From assembly GCA_003009755.1 (NCBI GenBank), contig PXUB01000032.1, positions 65,408 to 129,407 of the forward strand: a stretch of 64,000 nucleotides of DNA, written 5' to 3'. Shown here piece by piece: positions 11,201-20,408 of this stretch. Below the pieces are notes generated by a model, which worked only from the letters and a program-made list of their open reading frames with translations, did no database searches and was not told where the DNA came from. The position numbers and the translations under genes were made by a program. The stretch comes from Thermoplasmatales archaeon SW_10_69_26 (lineage in GTDB: Archaea; Thermoplasmatota; SW-10-69-26). The stretch's first letter is position 1. Each line of letters starts with the position of its first letter.

Positions 11201-11902
11201 CTACCGCTCGTCAGCGCGGATCAGCGATCCCTCGTCCAGCTCGGGCACGACGGCGTACCGATCGTAGGCCAGACACACATCCACGTCGTCCCCCTTTCCG
11301 GCCTCGCGCAGCTTGCGGGCCGAGGTCGATCGCTCCAGCTCCTCGGCCGTCGACGCCGGATCCGGGTTGCCGCCGGTGCAAAGCTCCGCCAGGAACGTGC
11401 AGCAGACGTCGTCGTCCTCCGCGCGGGCCCCCTGCCAGCCTGCCGCGACCAACGCCACGTCCTCCCCAGCCACGGCTCGGCGGAGCGCCTCGGCGTTGGC
11501 CATGCAGCCGACCAGCACGCGGCCGGCACCTTGCGAGGCGAGCAGGGCGCGGGTCCCGTTCGTCGTCGTGAGGACGACCGGGCGCCCGTCCACGTCCTCG
11601 CGGGCGACCTGAGCCGGCGAGTTGTCGACGAACCCGTCCAGCGACCCCCGGGCACGCTCGCCGACGAGGACCGGGTCCTCGAACCGCTGAGCCACCTCGC
11701 GCGCTTGGTCGGGGGTCTCGACCGGCACGACCTCGCGGGCGCCGCCGGCGACCGCGACCGTGATCGTCGTCGAGGCGCGCAACACGTCCACCACGATCGC
11801 CGTCTCGTCCTCCGCCAACTGCTCGGCCTCGCTGGCCTGCAGCGTCCTCAGGTTCGCGACCGTCGCATCGTCGGCTGTCCCACCGCTCACATCCCAGCCC
11901 AA
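11201..11902 (-). CDS. comB: 2-phosphosulfolactate phosphatase (ComB family)
   Basis: 233-aa protein with ComB-family pattern ...VVDVLRASTTITVAVAGGAREVVPV...VLTTTNGTRAL... Confidence 0.75.
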   Translation of the reverse strand: MGWDVSGGTADDATVANLRTLQASEAEQLAEDETAIVVDVLRASTTITVAVAGGAREVVPVETPDQAREVAQRFEDPVLVGERARGSLDGFVDNSPAQVAREDVDGRPVVLTTTNGTRALLASQGAGRVLVGCMANAEALRRAVAGEDVALVAAGWQGARAEDDDVCCTFLAELCTGGNPDPASTAEELERSTSARKLREAGKGDDVDVCLAYDRYAVVPELDEGSLIRADER

Positions 11903-11971
11903 CCGGTCGCCGCCGGGAAAACCTGACCCTCGGGACCTCCCCGAGGGTACCCCGCAAACCCCTTATGCAGC

Positions 11972-14680
11972 ATGCCGCGTAGCTCCGTGTTCGTGACCGG
12001 GGACACCGGCGAGGGCCGTATCCGTGAAGCGACGGCGGCCAGCGAAGAGGAGATCCGAGAGATCCTCGAACCCGAGGTCGCCGACTGGTTCACCGACCGG
12101 TTCGACAGCTTCACCCCACCCCAGCGGTACGCGCTCCAACACCTTCACGACCGGCACAACGTGCTCGTCTCCAGCCCCACCGGCACCGGCAAGACGCTGT
12201 CCGCGTTCCTGGCCGGGATCAACGAGCTCGTGCACGAAGCCAAGGACGGCGGGCTGGAGGACCGCGTCTACATCCTGTACGTCTCCCCGCTGAAGGCGCT
12301 GAACAACGACATCGAGCGCAACCTCGAGGCCCCGCTCGATGGCGTGGCCGACAAGCTGGCCGAGGCCGGCCACCCCGACCCCGGCATCCGCGTGGGCGTC
12401 CGCACCGGGGACACGCCCAAAAGCGAGCGGCAGAAGATGACCCGCACGCCGCCACACATCCTGATCACGACGCCCGAGAGCCTCGGCATCCTGCTCAACT
12501 CGCCGACGTTCAGCGACCACCTGACCGAGACCGGCTGGGTCATCGTCGACGAGGTCCACTCCCTGGCCGAGGGCAAACGCGGCACGCACCTCATGCTCTC
12601 CCTCGAACGGCTCGAGGCGATGATCGAACGCGAGGCCGACGAGCAGGCCGGCCAGCGACCCGAGCCCCCACCCCAGCGACCGCCGGCCGAGCGCGGGCCC
12701 GTGCGCATCGGTCTCTCGGCCACGATCCACCCGCTGGACGAGATCGCCGGCTTCCTCGTCGGCCGCGACGCGGAGGGGCGCTCGCGGCCCTGCCAGGTCG
12801 TCGACGTGACCTACGCCAAGGACGTCGAGGTCGACGTCTTCTGCCCGACCGACGACATCCTGGCCACCGGCCGGGCCGAGGTCACCGACGAGCTGTACGA
12901 GACCCTCGACGAGCAGATCCGCCAACACGACACCACCCTTGTCTTCACGAACACCCGCGCCGGGACCGAGCGCGTCGTGCACCGCTTGATCGAACGCGAC
13001 CCCGGCCGCTTTGAGGGCACGATCGGCGCCCACCACGGCTCCCTCTCCAAGCAGCGCCGCCACGAGGTCGAGGACGCGCTCCGCGAGGGCGAGATGGACG
13101 CCGTCGTCACGAGCACGAGCCTCGAGCTCGGCATCGACATCGGCTCGATCGACCTCGTCGTGCTGTTGTCCTCGCCGCGTGGCGTCTCCCGGGCTCTGCA
13201 ACGCATCGGCCGCTCCGGGCACAAGCTGGGCGCCAAGAGCCAGGGCCTGCTCGTCGCGCTCGACCACGACGACCTCGTCGAGTGCACCGTGATCGCCGAG
13301 AACGCCCGCGAGGGCAAGCTCGACCCCCTCTCGATCCCCGATAAGCCCCTGGACGTCCTCTGCCAGCACGTCGTCGGCATGGCCCTCACCCGCGTGTGGG
13401 ACACCGACGAAGCCCTGCAACGCATCCGCCAGGCCTACCCCTACCGCGATCTCTCGCGCGAGGACTACGAGGCCTGCCTGGCGTACCTGGAGGGCCCCGA
13501 CGAGCTCGAGGACCAACGCGTCTACGGCAAGATCTGGTGGGACGAGGAGGACCAGACCTTCGGACGGCGCGGCAAGAAGACCCGCCCGATCTACTACACG
13601 AACATCGGCACGATCCCCGACAGCACCCAGCTGTCCGTGCGCTTCGACGACGAGACCGTCGGCACGGTCGACGAGGAGTTCGTCGAGACCCTGTCCAAGG
13701 GCGACGTGTTCGTGCTCGGCGGCAACGCCTGGGAGTACCGCGGTGCCAGCCCCGTCAAGGCCCGCGTCTCGCCCGCCCGAACCCAGCGTCCGACCGTGCC
13801 TCGGTGGGTGTCCGAGACGCTGCCCTTGTCCTTCGAGATGGCCCAACGCGTGGCCCGGTTCCGCAAGGACCTGGCGACCACGATCCGTCAGGACGGCGTC
13901 CAGGCGGCCCGCCGCGTGCTCGAGACCGAGCACGAGCTGGCCCCCGAGGCCGCCGAGAGCCTCGCCACGTTCCTGCGCGACCAGGCGCTGTACGCCGGCG
14001 TCCCCGGGCCCGACGAGGCCCTCGTCGAGGAGCACTCCACCCAGGAGGGCCGCACCCGCATGGTGTTCCACACGCCGATCGGGCGGCGAGGCTGCGAGGG
14101 ACTGGCCCGGGCCTTCGCCCACCGCGTCGAGGCCACGAAGGACTGCTCGGTGTCGTGGATGAACAACGACTACGGGTTCGTGCTCACGCTGCCCGAGCAC
14201 CGCAAGGTCACCCGGCAAGAGCTGCGGTCGCTTTTCCTCATCGACCTCGACGACGTGCTCTACGAGGCGATCGACGACGCCGAGCTGCTGCGCCGGCGCT
14301 TCCGCTACGTCGCCGGGCGCGCGCTGATGATCTTGCGCAACTACCTCGGCACCGACATCAGCGTCGGCCGCCAGAACGCGAAGGCCCGCCGCCTGCTGCG
14401 CCACCTGCAACGCGAGCGCCCGAACTCGCCCGTGCTCGCGGAGACCTACCGCGAGATCCTGACCGACGCGCTGGACTACCCGAACGCCGAGGACTACCTG
14501 TTCCGGTTCGTGTCCCGGCAGGCCTCGGTCCGCTTCGAACGCGACCTCCCGGGGCCGAGCCCGCTGGCGTTCAACCTCGTCGCCGCCACGAGCGCCGCCG
14601 GCGTCCTCAACGAGGACGCCAGCTCGCGGCTCGAGCGCTTCCACGAGGACGTGCAGGACGCGATCGCGGCCTCGCCGTGA
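11972..14680 (+). CDS. lhr: Lhr-type ATP-dependent DEAD/DEAH-box helicase
   Basis: 902 aa. Walker A SSPTGTGKTLSAFLAG, DEVH box VIVDEVHSLAE, helicase C motifs and an Lhr-core-like C-terminal extension. Confidence 0.85.
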   Translation: MPRSSVFVTGDTGEGRIREATAASEEEIREILEPEVADWFTDRFDSFTPPQRYALQHLHDRHNVLVSSPTGTGKTLSAFLAGINELVHEAKDGGLEDRVYILYVSPLKALNNDIERNLEAPLDGVADKLAEAGHPDPGIRVGVRTGDTPKSERQKMTRTPPHILITTPESLGILLNSPTFSDHLTETGWVIVDEVHSLAEGKRGTHLMLSLERLEAMIEREADEQAGQRPEPPPQRPPAERGPVRIGLSATIHPLDEIAGFLVGRDAEGRSRPCQVVDVTYAKDVEVDVFCPTDDILATGRAEVTDELYETLDEQIRQHDTTLVFTNTRAGTERVVHRLIERDPGRFEGTIGAHHGSLSKQRRHEVEDALREGEMDAVVTSTSLELGIDIGSIDLVVLLSSPRGVSRALQRIGRSGHKLGAKSQGLLVALDHDDLVECTVIAENAREGKLDPLSIPDKPLDVLCQHVVGMALTRVWDTDEALQRIRQAYPYRDLSREDYEACLAYLEGPDELEDQRVYGKIWWDEEDQTFGRRGKKTRPIYYTNIGTIPDSTQLSVRFDDETVGTVDEEFVETLSKGDVFVLGGNAWEYRGASPVKARVSPARTQRPTVPRWVSETLPLSFEMAQRVARFRKDLATTIRQDGVQAARRVLETEHELAPEAAESLATFLRDQALYAGVPGPDEALVEEHSTQEGRTRMVFHTPIGRRGCEGLARAFAHRVEATKDCSVSWMNNDYGFVLTLPEHRKVTRQELRSLFLIDLDDVLYEAIDDAELLRRRFRYVAGRALMILRNYLGTDISVGRQNAKARRLLRHLQRERPNSPVLAETYREILTDALDYPNAEDYLFRFVSRQASVRFERDLPGPSPLAFNLVAATSAAGVLNEDASSRLERFHEDVQDAIAASP

Positions 14681-14683
14681 GGC

Positions 14684-15217
14684 TCACGTCTCGACCTGCC
14701 AGACGACGAGATCGAGCCGGTACTCGATCTGGGGGTGATCGCATCCGGGCGCCAGCGCGAAGGGCAGGCAGATCGTGGAGCCCTGCTCGGCCTCGACCGT
14801 GACCGTGTAGTTGCCGGTCGGGACGTCGGGAGCGAGCAAGGTCACGTGCCCGTCGTCGCATCCGTCGTAGACCCGCTCGAAGCCGGGCCCGTCGATCCGC
14901 AGATCGAGGTCGTTGGCCTTCGGGCACGGCCCGGTCGATGCGACCGGTCCCGTGTTGTAGCGCAGATCGATCTCCAACCGGTTGGACGCCGGCTCCACGG
15001 GGACCTCGTACGCCTTGAACGTCCCCGCGTCGACGTCCTGCCCCAGTAGGGTCTGGTCCACGCGAGCGTCGACGACGCCGCTGGGGTCGCCGACGAACAG
15101 CGCGTCCTCGTCTTGGACGTTCACCGTCGTCCGGTCGGCGACGGCAGGGATCGAGGCGGCCACGAGAACCATCGCGGCAGCGATGGGAAGCCACGTCGAA
15201 CGGCTACCCCAGAGCAT
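14684..15217 (-). CDS. Secreted protein with pre-peptidase-C-terminal-like beta domain
   Basis: Start chosen at internal MLWGSRSTWLPIAAAMVLVAASIPAVA (signal peptide) rather than track start 15649; paired Cys and the PDVPTGNYTVTVEAE beta pattern. Confidence 0.5.
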   Translation of the reverse strand: MLWGSRSTWLPIAAAMVLVAASIPAVADRTTVNVQDEDALFVGDPSGVVDARVDQTLLGQDVDAGTFKAYEVPVEPASNRLEIDLRYNTGPVASTGPCPKANDLDLRIDGPGFERVYDGCDDGHVTLLAPDVPTGNYTVTVEAEQGSTICLPFALAPGCDHPQIEYRLDLVVWQVET

Positions 15218-15303
15218 GCTACCGTCAGTAGCACGCTGGGCCTTCAAACGTGTGTAGCCACCGAGGGAGACAACAGCCCGTCGGCCGAGCTCGAAGCAGG
15301 CCG

Positions 15304-15510
15304 TCAGTCGAGCTCGAAGGCGACCTTGACCTTGACCTGGTACTCCCTGACGTTGCCGTCGGAGACCGAGCCGCGCTCCTCCTCGACCTCGAACCACGAG
15401 AGGTCGTTGAGGGTCTGGTCGGCGCGAGCGATCGCGTTGTCCACGGCGTCGGAGAAGGACTCCTCCGAGATCCCGACGAGCTCGATGATCTTGTACGTAC
15501 GGTCGGCCAT
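15304..15510 (-). CDS. Dodecin (flavin-binding, 68 aa)
   Basis: MADRTYKIIELVGISEESFSDAVDNAIARADQTLNDLSWFEVEEERGSVSDGNVREYQVKVKVAFELD has dodecin length and its conserved beta-alpha-beta-beta pattern. Confidence 0.85.
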   Translation of the reverse strand: MADRTYKIIELVGISEESFSDAVDNAIARADQTLNDLSWFEVEEERGSVSDGNVREYQVKVKVAFELD

Positions 15511-15658
15511 ACACGTTCAGACGCCCGACGGCCTCAAAGGGCTTACGTTGAAGGGCCGGTCGGAGCTGCCGCTCGCGGCGACCTCGGGCCAGCAGCGGCC
15601 GAGGAAGCAGACGCGCCTGTGGGGCGCGATCCCGGCTCCGAGCGTCCACCGCGCTGGG

Positions 15659-16638
15659 CTACCCCACCGGCCGCCACTTCAACCCGTAGCGGGTCTGGCC
15701 CTCCATCGAGAACAGGCGGCGCAGCACCGGCCGCACGCGGTCGCCGATCGACAGCTCGCCCTCGAGGGCCGCCTGCCCGATCTCGCGGCCGCCCTCGTCG
15801 AGGCTCACGATGACGACGTCGTAGGGGCCATCGGCGTCGTGCTGGCGGGCGAACTCGCCCGGCGGCCCGGCCTCGATCGTCGTCGTCGCGGCGACCTCGC
15901 CCCCGCCGCGGGCTCGGGCCCCGTAGCGGCGCTCGGGGTCGGCATCGTAGACCTCGCGGGACACGTAGGCTCCCTGCGAGGCCTCGCTCCACGGCTCGGC
16001 CTCGGCCTGCTCGCGGCGCCGGTAGATGTCCACGGTCAGCTCCTCGGCCGGGGTGGCCAGGCCGTCGACGGCGATCGCGGGGCCCTCGAGGCGGACGACG
16101 TGGGCCTGCCCGTCGCCGACGTCCCCGACCAGGACCGGGCCCTCGGCCTCGGTCGACCGCTCGAGGATCTCCAGGCCCGCGCCCGCCGGCCCGGCGCGGC
16201 CCACGGACCACCCAACGGCGCCCTCGCTGGCCGTCGAAGCGGTTGCCGGCGGGGCCAGCCGGGGCACGGTCTCGTCGGGGTCGAGCTCGGCGAAGGCCCG
16301 CTGGAGGGCCGCCTCGTCCCCGCCGCCGAGCGGGGCCGCCTCGACGCTGGCCGCGCCCGTGAGGCAGGCGCCCTCGTCGGGGCTCACGCGAACGGCGACC
16401 CCGGCGCCGCCAAGCCGACCTGCTCGCTGGGGTCCTCGAGGAAGACGCGGATCCGGTCCAGGCCTTCGAGGGCCTCGTCGGGGAGATGGAGGCCGGCCTC
16501 GACCGCCATCGTGAGCCCGTCCTCGTCCCATCCCGGGACGCGCAGCGCCTCGAACCCGCGGGCGAGACCGGCTTGCCGGGCGCGCTTGCCCTCGATCCGG
16601 TGCACGGGCAGGTGGACACCGCCAGCGGTGATCGCCAC
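15659..16638 (-). CDS. Thiolase-associated HMG-CoA-synthase-like / DUF35 OB-fold protein, interrupted by an apparent +/-1 frameshift near 16380-16400
   Basis: Frame 1 from ATG 16638 reads MAITAGGVHLPVHRIEGK...GLTMAVEAGL... (HMGCS N-terminal pattern) and stops at 16384. The next frame continues ...VSPDEGACLTGAASVEAA... (Cys-loop-like) and ends with the OB-fold-like YDVVIVSLDEGGREIGQAALEGELSIGDRVRPVL. The start abuts the thiolase stop. Confidence 0.45.
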
Positions 16639-16639
16639 C

Positions 16640-17803
16640 TCAGGTCCCCCCTCGCTCGAGCACGTGCACCGCGCACGTCGCCCCCGAGCCGCCGACGTTG
16701 TGCGTCAGCCCGGTCTCGGCGTCCGCGATCTGGCGGTCGCCGGCGCGAGAGAGCAACTGGTCGTGGATCTCGGCCACCTGGGCGACGCCGGTCGCGCCCA
16801 GCGGGTGGCCTTTGCCCTTGAGGCCGCCGCTGGGGTTGACCACGCAGGCCCCGCCGCGATCGGTGCGGCCCTCCGCCGTCGCGGGTCCGCCCTCGCCCTT
16901 GCCGGCCAGGCCCAGATCCTCGATCGCCAGGATCTCGGCGATCGTGAAGCAATCGTGCACCTCGGCCAGGTCGACCTCCTCGATCGAGCGCCCCGCCTCC
17001 CTCAGGGCCTCCTCGCCGGCGGTCCGCGTGGCGGAGAGCTCGGTCAGGCTCGGCCGTTCGTGCAGCGCCAGGTGGTCGCTGGCGGCGCCCGCTCCGGTGA
17101 TCGTGGTGGCTTCGGCATCGATCTGGTCGGCCCTCGCGGCCGAGGTGAGCACGAGCGCGGCGGCTCCATCCGTGGTGCCGCAGCAGTCGAACAGGCGCAG
17201 GGGGTCGGCCACGGTCGGCGAATCCATCACCCGCTCGAGGCCGACCTCCTTGCTGAACTGGGCGTTGGGGTTGTCGGCGGCGAAGCGGTGGTTCTTCACC
17301 GCGACCTGGGCCAGCTGCTCGCGCGTGGTGCCGTGTTCGTGGGCGTGGCGGGAGGCCATCAGGCCGTAGACGCCGGGGAACGTGGTGCCGGCCATGCGCT
17401 CCCAGGGCGTCTCGCCGGAGACGCCCAGCCAGTACCCGCTGCGGTGGCTGGGCTGGTCGTTCATGCGCTCGAACCCGACGACGAGCGCCACCTCGCATCG
17501 ACCCGCCTCGATCGCTTGCAGCGCCGAGCGGACCGCATAGCCGCCGCTTGCGCAGGCGTTCTCGACCCGGTGGGCGGCTACGCCCTGCAGGCCCTCGATC
17601 CCGTTGACCAGAGCGGCCGGGTTGCCCAACTGGCCGCCGCCGAACGCCAGCGAGGCCCACCAGGCCTCGTCGACGTCCTCGGCCGCCAACCCTGCATCTC
17701 GCAACGCATCGTCGACGACGGACTCGACGCGAGGGAACGCATCGCCGCTGTACGCACCGAAGTTCGACATCCCGCAGCCGACCACGGCCACCTCGGGGCT
17801 CAT
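16640..17803 (-). CDS. Acetyl-CoA C-acyltransferase (archaeal thiolase)
   Basis: MSPEVAVVGCGMSNFG... with thiolase active-site Cys regions and C-terminal ...NPSGGLKGKGHPLGATGVAQVAEI...NVGGSGATCAVHVLE. Confidence 0.9.
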   Translation of the reverse strand: MSPEVAVVGCGMSNFGAYSGDAFPRVESVVDDALRDAGLAAEDVDEAWWASLAFGGGQLGNPAALVNGIEGLQGVAAHRVENACASGGYAVRSALQAIEAGRCEVALVVGFERMNDQPSHRSGYWLGVSGETPWERMAGTTFPGVYGLMASRHAHEHGTTREQLAQVAVKNHRFAADNPNAQFSKEVGLERVMDSPTVADPLRLFDCCGTTDGAAALVLTSAARADQIDAEATTITGAGAASDHLALHERPSLTELSATRTAGEEALREAGRSIEEVDLAEVHDCFTIAEILAIEDLGLAGKGEGGPATAEGRTDRGGACVVNPSGGLKGKGHPLGATGVAQVAEIHDQLLSRAGDRQIADAETGLTHNVGGSGATCAVHVLERGGT

Positions 17804-17833
17804 CTCGGCCGACCATGCGGGACGGGGCCCTTA

Positions 17834-18258
17834 GACTGCCGGTCTTGTTTTGCTTACGCTCTCGCGCCGGCCTCCCGAGAGGACGAGCCCGGAAGCTCGT
17901 GCGAGGGAGCGTGGCAAAATCGCGGAGCCTGAGGAACGCAACCCTCGGGCGTGATCTCCGGGCACGACAACGAGGGGGCCCGCCTTAGACCGGCGCACCA
18001 GAACATTTCCGGTCCCACGGTCTCCCCCTACAAGCGGTTGGCCAGGAGAAGTTCACCGGATCGAGGGGGAGCGGTCTCCGTGACCCCCCTCACGGCGAGG
18101 CCGCCCTCAGGCCGGTGACGACGCGAGGTCCCCACGTCCGCGGGTTGCAAGCGTTGTCGCCGTCGACCTCGAAAGGCCTGTGGGCCTTCCGTCGTCTCGG
18201 CTCCGCGCTTTCACCGCCTGAGGGCGGCGAGAGCCTAACCCAAGCATCGCCGGCAGTC
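17834..18258. mobile_element. MITE (425 bp) derived from the IS630-family element at 24140-25267, flanked by TA
   Basis: Termini GACTGCCGG...CCGGCAGTC match the IS terminal inverted repeats, flanked by TA at 17832-17833 and 18259-18260. No ORF. Internal sequence is homologous in inverted orientation to the second copy at 41192-41562. Confidence 0.7.
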
Positions 18259-18286
18259 TAGCTTGACGGCCCGGCGGAAGACGCGA

Positions 18287-18975
18287 TCAGCGTCGGCGCA
18301 AGGCGACGGCGCCGGCCACGAGGGCAAGCGGAGCGACCCAGGGACCGAACGGGATGCCGTTGCCGTCCCCGCCGCCGTCCTCGCCACCGTCGGTGGTGCC
18401 GTTGCCGCCGCTGCTGCCCCCGGTCGTCTCGTCGCCATCCGTGGCACCGCCGTCGGTGGTGCCGGCGTCGCTGGAGGCGACCGTGACGGGCAGGCTCGTC
18501 GTTCCCTCGGCGGAGGGGAACTCGCCGTTGCAGCTTCCCTCGGGCGGGCCGTAGTTGCCGCCGGGGAAGGTGCCCGTGACCGTGACCTCGCGGTCGCCGC
18601 CGGAAGCGGTGTTGGCGGCCTGCACGGTGACGGTGGTCTCCTGGGAGTTGTTGTAGCCGCCGGCCGCCGTCCCCGAGTTGTGGATCCCTTGCGTGTCCGA
18701 GAACACGAGCTCGGAGGGATCGGCCAGACCGGTGACGCCGTTCGGGTTGGAGACGCTCACGTTGACCGGGAGCTCCTCGTTCTCGGCGCAACTGAAGTTG
18801 TCACCCGTCAACCGGACCAGCACCGTGACGTCCTTGGACTCGCCCGGCGACAGCTCGCCGGCTTCGTCTTGCGGTTCGAGCTCCACCGAGAAAGAGGGCT
18901 GCTGAGCAGCCGCCAGGCCAGCGATGGCAAGCAGCGCGGCGACCGTCAAAGCCCCGATCGTTCGTGAACCCACGG
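18287..18975 (-). CDS. Secreted Thr/Gly-rich surface protein with PGF-CTERM-like anchor
   Basis: Signal-like (V)GSRTIGALTVAALLAIAGLAAAQQ; C-terminus GIPFGPWVAPLALVAGAVALRRR. Track ORF extends to 19045; a GTG start near 18975 is preferred but uncertain. Confidence 0.55.
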
Positions 18976-19214
18976 AGTCACACCCACGCTGGTGGACGAG
19001 GTTCCGGCCCTTGACGATTGTGGATTCGGCCTCGAACACTCTCACCCACGGGTGTGGTCTGGGCCCCGGCCGACGTCCGGCCCCTCATCCCCCGCAAGGT
19101 CGCCAACCACGACCGTGACGTTGCTCTCTGCGATCGCTCGCGGCCTCGTCCGCCAGCGCCGGGTCAGGCAGCTGCTCGAGGCCCAGGACGATCCCGGCGA
19201 CCTCGAACGCGGCT

Positions 19215-19583
19215 TCACGCCGGCTGGGACCGCTCGAGCTGGATCTGAGCAGCCCCCATCGTCCCGCTGATCGGTGGGTTGGGCTTGCGGACGCGGACGA
19301 CGCACCGCCGCCAGTGCAGGCCCTCGAGCGCGTCGAGGATCTCCTCGGCCAGTCCCTCCAACAGCGGGTGCTCGTCCTCCGAGATGACGCGGTCGATGCG
19401 ATCGTGGACCTCGCGGTAGTCGATCGTGCGATCCAACGAGTGAACCGAGCCCTCACCCATGGGGATCTCCAAGTCCACGTCCACCTCGACGTGCGTGCCG
19501 ACGGTGCGTTCCTCCTCGGTGTGGCCGATGCGGCCGAAGAAGCGCATCTCGTCGAGGCTCATCAGCGCGACGTCGTCGCTCAT
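19215..19583 (-). CDS. folB: Dihydroneopterin aldolase (FolB family)
   Basis: MSDDVALMSLDEMRFFGRIGHTEEERTVGTHVEVDVDLEIP... and ...VVRVRKPNPPI match the FolB fold pattern (FGYHG-like and KPxAP-like motifs); overlaps the folP stop. Confidence 0.7.
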   Translation of the reverse strand: MSDDVALMSLDEMRFFGRIGHTEEERTVGTHVEVDVDLEIPMGEGSVHSLDRTIDYREVHDRIDRVISEDEHPLLEGLAEEILDALEGLHWRRCVVRVRKPNPPISGTMGAAQIQLERSQPA

Positions 19584-20407
19584 CGTGGATCCAACGCCTC
19601 CGCCGTCCGCACCGCGTCCAGGGTCTCGGGTACATCGTGCACCCGAACGATGGCGGCCCCGTCGCGGGCCGCCAACGTCGCCACGGCCAGCGAGCCGGGC
19701 AACCGCTCGTCCACCTCGCGGTCCAGCAGGTCGGCGAACATCGACTTGCGGGACACGCCGACGAGGAGGGGGTAACCGAGACCGGCCAGCGAGGAGGTGG
19801 CGCGCAACAGCTCGAGGTTGTGCGCGAGCCGCTTGCCGAACCCGATCCCTGGATCGAGCGTGATCGCATCCCGCTCGATGCCGGCCGCTCGCGCGGCCTC
19901 GGCTCGCTCCAGCAGGAACGCGGCGACCTCGGCGCGCACGTTCTCGTAGGAGGGATCGGCCTGCATGACGTCGGGCGTGCCCTGCCGATGCATGAGCACG
20001 ATGTCGGCCCCGTGGTCGGCGACCACGTCGAACATGCGCTCGTCGTCGCGCCCGGCGCTGACGTCGTTCACGATCGCCGCCCCGGCCTCCAGGGCGCGAT
20101 CGGCCACCGCGGCCCGGCGGGTGTCGACGCTGATCGGCACGTCGACCACGTCGTCGATCGCCTCGACGGCGGGCACGACGCGCTCGAGCTCGTCCCTCTC
20201 GGGAACCGGATCGGCGCCCGGTCGGGTGCTTTCGCCGCCGACGTCGAGCACGTCGGCGCCCTGCTCGGCCATCCGGCGGGCCCGCCGGACGGCGTCCTCG
20301 GCCTCGGGGGCGCGGCTGTCGGCGTAGAAGCTGTCGGGGGTGACGTTCACGACGCCCATGACGAGCGGGCGCCCGGCCTGCGCGAACCGGTCGCGGATCG
20401 GGCCCAT
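19580..20407 (-). CDS. folP: Dihydropteroate synthase
   Basis: GVVNVTPDSFYADSRAP...GADVLDVGGESTRPGA...ISVDTRR...IVNDVSAG... are classic DHPS pterin-binding motifs. Confidence 0.9.
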   Translation of the reverse strand: MGPIRDRFAQAGRPLVMGVVNVTPDSFYADSRAPEAEDAVRRARRMAEQGADVLDVGGESTRPGADPVPERDELERVVPAVEAIDDVVDVPISVDTRRAAVADRALEAGAAIVNDVSAGRDDERMFDVVADHGADIVLMHRQGTPDVMQADPSYENVRAEVAAFLLERAEAARAAGIERDAITLDPGIGFGKRLAHNLELLRATSSLAGLGYPLLVGVSRKSMFADLLDREVDERLPGSLAVATLAARDGAAIVRVHDVPETLDAVRTAEALDPR

Positions 20408-20408
20408 C

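Noticed and set aside
11963-14644. 893-aa minus-strand ORF
   Set aside because: Antisense to the Lhr helicase gene; low-complexity G/A/R/D composition
15113-17932. 939-aa plus-strand ORF and the 757-aa minus ORF 15543-17816
   Set aside because: Overlap and run antisense or out of frame to thiolase, its partner gene and dodecin; no motifs, R/P/G-rich
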